Positions 51,001-61,321 of a stretch of DNA of 64,000 nt are shown one piece after another. The DNA is from Rhynchopus sp. YZ270_cl-10 (Eukaryota), in contig OZ037847.1 of NCBI GenBank assembly GCA_964035575.1, positions 496,001 through 560,000 of the forward strand, given 5' to 3'. A program made the translations under genes and the position numbers. Within the stretch, counting starts at the first letter, position 1; every line of letters begins with the position of its first letter. The notes beneath the pieces were generated by a model. The model was not told the origin of the DNA and ran no database searches. It saw nothing but the letters and a program-made list of their open reading frames with translations.

Positions 51001-51549
51001 GACGATGAAGAGGTAAACGTCGCAGACGCACCTACAGACGCAGCACTACCAGCAAATTCTGCAGATTTCGCTGTTTCCCCTAAAGGAAGCTTCTCCGGGG
51101 TAGAACGACGGGTTTTGGTTTTATCCTTTTTCTCCTTTTTTTCCTTTTTCTCCTTCTTCTCCGGTTTGCTAGATTTTGACTTTGCTGTAGATTTGGAGTG
51201 TCGAGAAGAAGAAGGCGACCCCGACTTCGACCCCGTCACCCTCGGGGAAGACTGCCCATGATATGAAAACGTTTCATCAATCCTCCTCTCCTCCTCCGCC
51301 TCTCGGTCCGCCTCTGCCTCCTTCTCATTAAACCTTCCGACCAAATCCCCTACCGGGTCGTGCCTGTCTGCGTCTCTGTTCTGCTCCTTCCGGGGCTTCA
51401 CTTTGATACGCTCTTCACCCTTTTTGCGAATTCGTACGGGATCTCCATTTTCTTCGTATGCACCCATCACATCCATCATCCCAATATACCTCGGAGTCCC
51501 GGATAAAGATGACAGAACACTACCCGAAGATTCTTTGTTTGAATCATCC

Positions 51550-51581
<32 letters not shown>

Positions 51582-53507
51582 GGAAGAGGAGGAGGAGGAG
51601 GACAGATCACGTTTTCCCTTCTTTTTCTTCTTTTTGTGTTCGATTAAAACGCCGGATGCATGAGTGGAAGAAAGGCCCGTCGAAGAATGTAGCTGTCCCG
51701 CTGCAGATGCGGCCACAGTAGAGGTTTGCGAGACAGAGGAAACGTCGTCGTCCTGAGGGGGTCGCTTCTTAGATTTCTTCTTAGATTTCTTCTTGCGTTT
51801 CTTTTGTGTAACATCGACAGAAAGATCGCGTCTTTGTTTTTGATGTTCGGCAACCCGCTTTTTCGTTTTTTTGGTAAACGCCAGAGACGATTTTGATGGA
51901 GCGTCTGAAGAAGATTCTGAAGAAGAATCAGACGAAGACGAAGAAGAAGAAGATTTGTCCACATCCAGAATGTTTTGCAATGTATTATCCTTCTTCGCTT
52001 TTTTGTGTTTTTTCCGCTTTTTTTCGGGTTTTTTTGAAGAGGAAGAAGAAGAAGATGACGACGACGACGAAGACTCAGACGCAGACGAAGTATCCAAACT
52101 CTTCCCTCCAGGTGTCCGTGCAGTCACCTCCGTCTCGAGGTTTTCACTGAAGTCCATTGTCATGTCTTTGCTTTGGTTAAGGTTGTTGTTGTAGTTGTGC
52201 AGGATCGGACCGTCCGAAGGGGTGGTGAAACTCGCTTTGCTGCTGGACTTCTTCTTCTCCCTTTTTTCCTTCTTCTCCTTCTCTTTCTTTTCTTTTTTCT
52301 CTTTTTTCTCCTTCTTTTCCTTCGTTTTGCGGTATTTCTTCGAAGAAGACGAAGACGAAGAAGAGCTTGAAGAATCGCCCAAAATGTCACGTCTAGATAT
52401 CTTTGATTTTGTTGCATATTCAGCAGCCCCGCCGCCGTACTGCGGAAGCGTCGTTTCCTGCGTTCCATACGACCTCGCAGGGGAGGCTTGGCTTTGTAGT
52501 TGGCTCTGCTGAATCGCGGCAAGCTGTGTCTGGTTTTGTAGTTGGGTTTGCTGCTGCATTTCTAAGGTCTGTTGGAGGAGGTGCTGCTGTGTTTGGTATG
52601 CTTCGCGTTGAAGGGAGGACTGTCTTTCGAGCGCGTCTTGGTGGTTGCGGGCGTGCATATCTTGTCTTTGTACGGAGAGGTTCTGCTCGGTTTGCATGCT
52701 TTCAAGTTTGTCGTTGACTTCAGTTAAGTCGCGTTGTGTTTTGCGGATTTCTGATCCAAGCTCGTCGGTATGTCCTTTTAATTCTCGTTCGCGTATTTCT
52801 GCTTCCATGCGATTCAAACGGAGTTCGGTCATAAACTCTTCGTGTCCAGGGTTGTGTTCCACCCTCTCCCCCATGCGTACAGTGTTCTGCACCTCGTTTA
52901 ATTTTTTCAGCCGCGCGACCTGTTCTCTCAGCATCTCGTTCTCCACCTTTTCGTCCCGCAAATTCTCCATTGCCTTCAACACATTCACCTTTCTCGTCAT
53001 ATGGGATTGCAATGTCTCGACCTGATGCTTCATGCTGTCCAACTCCTCCTTTGCAGATGCAGGCAGTGCCGGGGGTTCTACCGGAACAAGCCTTGCTTCG
53101 GGTGCACGGTGGTGTTCTGATGTTCGTGTAGGGCGTGATGAAGATCCGGTCATGCGCCCCAAAACGGCCTCCTTCGCGGAAACGAATTCTCGTTGGGTAA
53201 TCTCTCCTGCACGGTGCAGGCGGGTCAGCTCAGTCAACTCATCCGCAAGACCCGGTCCACTCAAGGTATGTGGGGAACGGAACGCTCCGACCGACAACGG
53301 CGATCCGCAGACACCTGCGCTTGAGGGGGATTGGGTGTGCCGTCTGCCAGACTTCCCGCCCGCAGGAGTCAGCGGGGTGCCTTCAGTAGAGTAAGGGCTG
53401 CCCGGGACCACTGCGGCAGTGCGGTGGGGGTACGGCTGGCTGGCATCGAAGGAGGACGGGGTAGTGTTCGGTCTGTGCTGGTGCACAGGACGCCGTGCGT
53501 ACGACAT
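48036..53507 (-). CDS. 1823-aa low-complexity protein: SHOCT-like motif, coiled coils, poly-Ser/Lys blocks, C-terminal PDZ-like domain
   Basis: 5.5-kb ATG ORF; LADELTELTRLHRAGEITQREFVSAKEAVL (SHOCT-like); DLKRGDVLVQVG...VTTLNEVVRIL...LQLTFVR (PDZ-like). Confidence 0.85.
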
Positions 53508-54231
53508 GACGTGTTATATGCCACCCCCAGGCGATTCCATTAATGTATCCTTTTGTATTTTCCTTGGCAATGAGTATGAATGGGGTGGGGGAGGAAAGGG
53601 GGGAAGGGGGGGGGGGGGGGGGGACACGGCGGAATTACTTACTACTATTAACTAGTAACACCAGTAACACTACTAGTTTAGCGCGAGTCGTTACGACTGA
53701 TAGTACCTGGTTGGTTCACCGTGGAGGAAGGGGGAGGGAGTTGAAAGTGCAAACAAAATCCATTTTTTTTTTAATTTAACTCTAGTGAGGGGGAGATGGG
53801 GAGCGAAGGGGAGAATACTAAATGGTGGTGGAATGGCGGGATGTGGGAGAGGAGGAACTACATAGGGAGGGAATGTTGCTAACAGAGTATCTGGCTGGAT
53901 ACCACAAAAAAAAAGATACAATGGTTGGTGTGATTCAGGGGGTACGGACAACCCGCGGGAGAACCACGGAGAATCGGTTTGGTGATCACACCAATGGTGT
54001 TCGTGAATTTACCACAATTTGGCCAAAATTTGACAAAAAATGGTGGTTTTTTTCACTCTCTCCAGGAAACCGATGTACTTATTTTCGGTTTTCTCCGCTG
54101 ACCGGGAAAAAAAAAGGATTGTCCCTTTGAATCGACAATCACCCCCCATCAAAGAGGTGTATTCTACACGTAACGTCACTCAAAAAAGGCAGCACAGAGA
54201 GAGAGAGAGAGACCTATATAAAAAGGTTAAA

Positions 54232-54267
54232 AAGATGAACCTAAGCCTCTCGTGCTTAGTCACTCTT
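54232..54267 (-). other. 35-nt stem-loop motif A (near-consensus copy)
   Basis: AAGATGAACCTAAGCCTCTCGTGCTTAGTCACTCTT on the plus strand. Confidence 0.85.
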
Positions 54268-54652
54268 TGTAGTCACAATCGAGGTAGCAAAGATGTAGAC
54301 CATTTGCGAAAAATTCTGGTCAAAATTATTTTTTTATATAAAATCAGGTATTTGTGTTGTCGTCATCAGGTTAAATTCCTTCCCAAAGCGACTTCTCTTT
54401 ATGATACAGCAACACAACCACAACGTACAACCACAAAGCCAAAGTCATTTACTTCACCTTCGTGTAGCACTGCGGCACCTAGCGTAATAAAGAGCGGGAA
54501 AATAATGAGTGCAGTGCTATACGGTGGGGCCACATAAGCCAAGCAAAGTGTGAAAAGTTGTGAAACTACGCCCCCCCGAATAGCACAAGAGTGCAACGTA
54601 TTGGAAGTGCACGTATGTAAGGCATACATCACGCCCAATGTTGGCTAAAGCC

Positions 54653-54687
54653 TTAGTACTGCAAGGTTGTTAACCTTGCAGTACTAA
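54653..54687. repeat. Perfect 16-bp inverted repeat with 3-nt spacer
   Basis: TTAGTACTGCAAGGTT-GTT-AACCTTGCAGTACTAA. Confidence 0.95.
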
Positions 54688-54726
54688 CACCTGGAGAACA
54701 ACGATGAGAAAAAGAGAGCTAAATTA

Positions 54727-55171
54727 CTGGGGGGGGCCGAATAAACGAGGTAATTCGAATAAAGCACGTACGTCGAATAAAGCACGCATTTGAAAAATGG
54801 GATTTTTGCTTTTTTTTGCGTCGAATAAAGCACGTACGTGCTTTATTCGACTTTTTGAACTTTTCCTGTGTTGTGACAAGGTAGTTCGCATTTTGTGAAA
54901 ATTTAAGTCGCTGAAATTTTGTCCATTTTTCCGAATATGCCCCACCACAAGCCGGGATTGGCTCGGAAATGCAGCAAAATCACCTCTTGGGCGAAAAAAA
55001 ATCGAAAAAAAAATTGCGACTGGAAAAACTTTCCAAAAAGTTCAAAAAGGCGAATAAAGCACGTACGTGCTTTATTCGCCTTTTCGAACTTTTTTTTTTT
55101 TTAAAACCTCAGGATCTGAAGTGTAGGGACGCCTAATAAAACACGTACGTGCTTTATTCGACCCCCCCCAG
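54727..55171. mobile_element. 445-bp MITE with TA flanks (Tc1/mariner-like) and internal palindromes
   Basis: TA|CTGGGGGGGGCCGAATAAA ... TTTATTCGACCCCCCCCAG|TA; repeated CGAATAAAGCACGTACGT; perfect palindromes at 54820-54851 (32 bp) and 55045-55084 (40 bp). Confidence 0.85.
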
Positions 55172-56046
55172 TAACGTTTCGGACAACTACAAAAAAAAAA
55201 AAAAGAGCTGAGGGGTAACACAATGCAATCCCTATTGAAAAAAAAAAAAAAAAAACACTCCCCTAAAGCTGTTATGATTCCAGCCTGAAAAACTGACAAC
55301 GTTTTGCGGGAAAGACTAATCGAGAGAAATGATTTTTTTTTTTTTTGAAAAAGAGGGAAAAAAAAAAAGCGATGCATCTCGCTAGACACGCAGCATCTTT
55401 TTTCAAGGAATTGGAGTTATTGAAGGTACAAAAGAATTTCCCTTTCCGCGCTTCAACTCAAAACTCAAAAAAAAAAGGTGAACCTAAGCCTCTCGAGCTT
55501 AGTCACCTTTTAAAAAGGCAGGATCTTTTTCGGAAGGGGGTGGAGGGGATTTTTCTTGTTCAATTTTCTTTTAACCCTTGACCCTATATTTTTAAGGATA
55601 GCACCACTCCACGTGGCCTAAGGGTTTAATTTTAAATACATCAAAATCACATTGTACCCTAAAGGTTGGCAGGGTGCATTTCAGCTTATAGTGCTATGTC
55701 ACATTCTAGCTGCCAAGAGTAATATTGTTATCAAAAACAAAAGGGATCAGGCTGCTTGGTCACAAGCGTTATTTGCGATTATTGCTTGCTCGTGAAAACC
55801 CAAAAAAAAAAAAAAAACTACAAAAGAAAACATGAATTGGGTCTCGTGGTGTGTTCTTGGGTCTATAAAAATATCAGTGTTTTTTTTTGTATCAACGATC
55901 ACCTCAGGGGGGTCTAAGATTGCCACCCCCCGCAGGATATAATTTTTTTTCTCTCTCTTTCTCCGCTTCAAAAACGAGGGCTGCCCTGCTGTTTGGAGTA
56001 TCGACATCCCTAGGTCATTGAGACAGGTTCTGTTTAAAAAAAAAAA

Positions 56047-56166
56047 AAAGTTCTCTTGAAATACAAAGCCCTCTCATGTGACAGTGTACCTCTGATACAT
56101 GACCGGGTTGTACCGGAGTGGACCCCCCAACCATGCAGTCCTACATCCATTTCGTGTTTTACATCT
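56047..56166 (-). repeat. Dispersed element B, copy
   Basis: TTGAAATACAAAGCCCTCTC...CCAACCATGCAGTCCTACATCCATTTCGTGTTTTACATCT. Confidence 0.85.
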
Positions 56167-56633
56167 GAAAAAAAACACTGGATGATTCACAGATAAAAAC
56201 ACACCTCATCCCGAAACGTATGGGAGATATTGAGACAAAAAAAGGGGGAGAAACTCTGATAGATATTTGAAGGGGGAGAAAAAAATCATTGAAATCCTGT
56301 CGGAAGGGTGAAAACCTATAAGGGGTCTGCACTCAAAAAGGTGGTGGCACAAAAAAGAGCCTTTAAAAAAAAACCACTGCGGGAGGTATAGACGTACTTC
56401 ATCCTTAATCTCTTCGCAGCTATCTGCACATTTTCTTTTTCTTCTTTTGTTCGTACAAATCCATTATCCACTCTCTCAACTCTAAAAACCCCCTTCTCTC
56501 TCCCGTTTTCTTTTGGGGAAAAAAGGGTATATCAACTAAAAATCTAAAAAAACGGCTCTGTGGACGTAAAAAAAAAGGGCACAACGTTCCTCATTTCTCA
56601 AAACCCCCCCCACCTCCCCACCTCCTCCTCTCT

Positions 56634-58871
56634 CTAAAACCTAGTTATGCTTCGTGCACGATGAATCGCTTCGGCCAGCCCACGCGCTATTCCACCTGGG
56701 GAGGGGTTTGCGTTGCTGTAACGGGATGGTGAGCCTTGATAGGACTGGGGCATTGGAGTTGCGGAGGGGACAATGTGAGCACTTGCGGACGGGGAGGGAC
56801 GTGGGAGAGGGTGGCGGAGACTGGAGGCGGAGAAGCTGAAGTCTTCTTCGGCGAAGGTGTCCACACCACCAACACCACCACCACCACCTCGCGGGATAGA
56901 CGACAGCCTCGAAGCATTCAAAATATGTGACTGCGACAAAGCACCATTAGCCGCACTCTCCGACTGTCGTCGAACTGAAACACTCATATGATGTGAGTGT
57001 GGCGACCCATGCGGCAGAGGTGCCGCCAGCCTCTCCAAAACCCGCGCAGTGCTGCTCTCCGGCGGGGCCCCCCTCTTCTCCCGTAGAGACTGTACCTGGT
57101 TGTGCCGCACCCCCAGCTGCACCTCACGGTCCTCTAGGGAAAGTCGCTGGTCGTGTAGATGCCATTCTTCGGTGATGATGTTGACTTCGTCTGCAGAGGT
57201 GGCTTCGAGGGAGTTGCTCATAGCATCGATGACTTCGTGGACGTGGGTGACAGCTTGCATTTGCTCTTCCACTTGTTGTTCGGAGGTTGCGTGCGCGGTT
57301 TGCGCTGTGACGACACGGCTGTCGAGTTTTTCGAGTTCTCTTTCTTCTGCATCGCGTTTTTGTGTGATAAGGTGGAGGGTGTGGGCGAGGTCGCGTTCTG
57401 AGGCTTGGGTTTGGCGTAGTGCGTCGCGGATGCGTGCGAGGTTGGTTTCGACCTTGACGACGGTGTCGGAGGAGCTTTGCATGTCGCGTCGTGCTTCGGC
57501 AAGGCCGGTGCGGTGGAGGGCTTCGTCGTCCTGTTTGATTTTGAGGTCAAGGACCATTTCGCTGCGTTGTTGGTCCTGCTGGGCAAGGGTGCGTGCTGCC
57601 TGGTCCAATTCGTACTCAAGCTCGCGTATGGTCTCCCTCGTCGTGGCGATGGCCTGCTCCTGCTCCCCCAACCGTGCCCCACACCGTTCCACCTCCCTCT
57701 GCCGTCCCTTCAAAGTGTTGGCCTGCTCTTCTTCGCGCTCGACAGCATGTTGCCGGTCGCGCTTCGCATCGCCCAACTCTTCCACAGCTGCTTGCAAGTC
57801 GCCTTCAATGACCTGCTGGGTCTGCTGCACCTCGCCTTCGTGCAAGTGAACCTGGTCACATTCTTCGGCAAGTTTGAGAAGATTAATCTTTTGTGTCTCC
57901 ATCGTCGCAATGCTGGCATGGAATTGCGCAACTGTATGGAATTTATAATGAACCGAGAACAAAGGGTTTATCAAATGGAGGCATTGTAGGCCCCCAAAGA
58001 GACATAAAGGGTGATTTGTGTCATACGTTTTTCATCAGCGGTCTTCCTACACGCGGCAAGGATGTCCTGCTGGCGGAGCAGCTCGGTGCGATGAGCCTCC
58101 TCCTTGCGATACTGCTTGATACGCACACCGAAGGACTCCGCAAGCTTTGGGTAGGCACTGCAGAAGCGGCACCACTCTGCATATGATATACTACCGTCAT
58201 CGTTGTAGTCGGCCTGCACGGGGAGTGAGGGGTAGGGTAGAGAAAGATGGGGTCAAACAAAGCAACAAAACTACGGATTTTTTTTCGAAATCATCCAAAC
58301 ATACCCTCAAAAACATCGACTCCATCAACGCCGCGTCGAATGGGAGACGGATCTTCCGGCAGACTTCTTGCAGGTCTCGTTGCGTGAGTTTGCGTGTTTT
58401 TGTGACATCTGCGAAGTCGAAAGTATATCGAGAGGTGTCGCTAGGTGCAGTAGGAGAGGTGGGGTGGTGGTGGGTGACGGGGACCGCTGCGGCAGGGATG
58501 CTGGGTGAGGCTGGGGAGGTCGAGCGTGCATGACTGCGGATGGGGCTTATGTTCTTAGGGGAACGTACCACACCACCACCTCCCGTGAAGGCATCTGGCG
58601 ACACAGGACCTTCCTTCCCCTCCCCACTGACAAACACAAACACCTGACACCCATCCCTCAGCTGCCGCCCACTACTCAACTCCGCCCATTGGCTCGTCAC
58701 CTCGTCATAGACCTGCAGCCGGTCCGTCACCACCGCCCTTCCCACCTCCCGCGAGAACACCCCCTCCACCTGCGTCTTCAACTCATGCAACGTCGGCAGC
58801 GTCGGAAACGCGTACTCAAAGTTATGAGTCTTCCCCTCCAAATCCCCTGCAGCCATCACCCGGAACACCAT
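56634..58871 (-). CDS. BILBO1: BILBO1-family flagellar-pocket cytoskeletal protein (ubiquitin-like NTD, EF-hand, long coiled coil); introns 58214-58304 and 57932-58026
   Basis: MVFRVMAAGDLEGKTHNFEYAFPTLPTLHEL...QVYDEVTSQWAEL...LRDGCQVFVF resembles the trypanosome BILBO1 NTD. Splicing gives EF loop DYNDDGSISYAEW and a 683-aa frame. Orthology vs paralogy is not established. Confidence 0.8.
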
Positions 58872-59516
58872 TGTATTGGGTGAAATGGAATGGAATGGGG
58901 GGGGGGGGGGGTGGGGGCTTTTGTGTAGACCCCCTAATTCCTGAGGTTGTTACGTTAGGTACAGAAGAAAGAATTGATGTATTGGGGTGCTCCCATGGGT
59001 CTGGAATTTGTTTTTTCACAAAAAAATTTCACAAAAATTCACGAAAATTCGCGATTCATGAAACCAAGCCTCTCGGTACTTAGTCAGCTTTAAAAAAAAG
59101 GGGGGCTAGAGTAATGTTGTTGTCGGTGTTTAAAATAAACAAAACATAAAAATGGAAGGGAAAGGAGCTATCGGAGAACGACAGGTCAGGGGTCAGGAAT
59201 AGCCACGGGGGAAAACACCAATTTTGGGGCAGGAATAGGTTGTAAAAGAGTTGTCGTGTGTGGATAGTGCACGAATGGAAAAAGGGAGAAGCAGGAACCC
59301 AAAGAGCGATGTGGAAATAGAAGTGGCCGAAAACCTCCCTCCAGTTCCCGTCCAGTTCACACCTCAGGCGCTGCTAGTAAATAGTTAGCAAAAAAGAAGA
59401 AAAGAAAGAAAACTCAATGAATGTGCCTCACATCCACATACATCTTTAATAAATGTAAGAGCAAACCTACATAAAAACACTTTCCCCGAATATAATATTA
59501 TTTCTGGCGAACTTAA

Positions 59517-60578
59517 TCAGAGTTCACATTTTTTTAGTCCCTCTGATAGAATTGCTTGCAGCGCTGCGTTATTATGATCCTTTGCATAGACGGAAGGGGT
59601 GCGCCCTTTGTTATTCGCCACTGCCACACTGGCTCCATAGAGCAGAAGAAGGCGCGCTGTGGGAATGCTGTTCTGCTTTGCCGCTACAATGAGCGGTGTG
59701 TCCCCAAAGACGTCAGCAGCGTCGACAGGCGCACCTTTCGAGAGAAGCAAGCTTGCGGCCGCAGTATTCCCACAGAGCACCGCACGGTGCAGCGCTGTGT
59801 ACCCATGTCTACCAGACAACGACAACACCTTCACCACGTCTCCCTCTGCCACCTTCTCCAACAACCTCTTCACCATCACCACCCCTTTTGTTCCACACGC
59901 CACCATCAAGGGAGAGTCTCCACCACCCCCTTCCACCACCTCCGCACCAAATTCGATCAATAAATCAACAGCTTCAACAGACCCCGCTTTTACCGCATAG
60001 CACAATGGGCTGGCATCGTTGGTACCTTCCCTCCGATTTACCGTTCCTACCCCCATTTCTAATAGGTGCGAAAGAATTGGATATGCATTGCTTGAAGACA
60101 GCGCGGTGCACAGAGGGTTTGTATCCAAATCTGTGTCTCGAGGAATATGCAGAACAGCCATCTTTGTGGCATCGAGGCCGCTTTGTATTGCATGGGTAAG
60201 CATGTTGGTGATGTCCCCCGTTGCCATTAAGAGCTCTAATTCGTCGCGAACCTCTTCGGTGGGGTGTTGTGACATAGTCTTCAGATGGCATTCAAACTGA
60301 TGCTGAAACTGCTGTGGGGTTGTCCCATAGCGTTCGAGCAAGACCTGGGGTGCAGTAAAGCGGCGGTGTGGTGTGACTTCGATGGCGTCGCACGCAATCT
60401 CGCTGAGGTGTACAGTATCGTCATCGAGCAGGTCTCCGCCCTCGGTGTGCAGGGTAAAGCTTCCAGCACAGAAAGTGCATGTGGTCGCAACGGCCGTACG
60501 GAATACCCCCACCGTTGCTTCAAAAGGCACAGTGACATACACATCGCATGCATCAGGCATTTTACAAAGAATCTCCAT
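59517..60578 (-). CDS. Ankyrin-repeat protein with ubiquitin-like N-terminus
   Basis: SPLCYAVKAG, SPLMVAC, GYTALHRAV, GDTPLIVAA, GRTP ankyrin motifs. Confidence 0.92.
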   Translation of the reverse strand: MEILCKMPDACDVYVTVPFEATVGVFRTAVATTCTFCAGSFTLHTEGGDLLDDDTVHLSEIACDAIEVTPHRRFTAPQVLLERYGTTPQQFQHQFECHLKTMSQHPTEEVRDELELLMATGDITNMLTHAIQSGLDATKMAVLHIPRDTDLDTNPLCTALSSSNAYPILSHLLEMGVGTVNRREGTNDASPLCYAVKAGSVEAVDLLIEFGAEVVEGGGGDSPLMVACGTKGVVMVKRLLEKVAEGDVVKVLSLSGRHGYTALHRAVLCGNTAAASLLLSKGAPVDAADVFGDTPLIVAAKQNSIPTARLLLLYGASVAVANNKGRTPSVYAKDHNNAALQAILSEGLKKCEL

Positions 60579-60909
60579 TTTGCTTAAATTTGTTGATATT
60601 TTGTGTAAAAACGGTATCGTTTTGTCGCTCTAATTTGTGTTTCCCCCCGGCGCTGTAGTGTGTGAAATGGAAACAAATACTAAAAAAAGAACAATTTGCA
60701 GGTTCCGTCGATTATATTTCCTCTTGCTAAATGCTTGCTTTTTTAAAAAAATGCGCACCTCTCTCTTACAAGAGGGTGCGCGGGTTAGGGATAAGAGGGG
60801 GGAGGGAGCAGGCACCGTGCTAATTTTTGGGGGGTCCGACAAAGAATTAGCGAGGTGCCTGAGCTCGGCGAATCATATCACAAGCAGGAGGGGAGAGAGA
60901 AAGAAGAGG

Positions 60910-60942
<33 letters not shown>

Positions 60943-61200
60943 CCTCTTATAATTTATTCATCGTGTGTTCAGTTTTTTTTTTTCCGGGGATTTTTTTTTT
61001 CATTTCGCGTTTGGTTCATTTGAAGAGGGGCGACGGAGGGAGTGGGATAACGGAGAGTGTTTTGTGTCTGTATTTTGTTTTGTTCGAAAGAGAAGAGAAA
61101 AGGACCAAAAGGGGGGTAAAAAAAAAGTTTATAAGATGAGTCTAGCCTCTCGAGCTTAGTCACCTTGCGGGGGCCACAGTAAAGAGAAACACCGAATAAA

Positions 61201-61321
61201 AAAGTTGACTTGAAATACAACAGCCCTTCGTGAACAGTGTACCTTTGGTACAATGACCGGCTGTACCGGGGGGTGGACCCCCAACCATGCAGTCCTACAT
61301 CCATTTTCGTGGTTTACATCT
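61201..61321 (-). repeat. Dispersed element B, near-full copy, next to motif A (61133-61166)
   Basis: AAAGTTGACTTGAAATAC...GTACCTTTGGTAC...CCGGCTGTACCGG...GGGGGTGGACCCCC-AACCATGCAGTCCTA...TTTACATCT. Confidence 0.88.

Noticed and set aside
61261..61300. Element B as tRNA-derived SINE or ingi/L1Tc 77-nt HDV-ribozyme signature
   Set aside because: Only vague T-arm-like similarity (GGGGGTCCACCCCC); no A/B boxes and no match to the 77-nt signature as I recall it.
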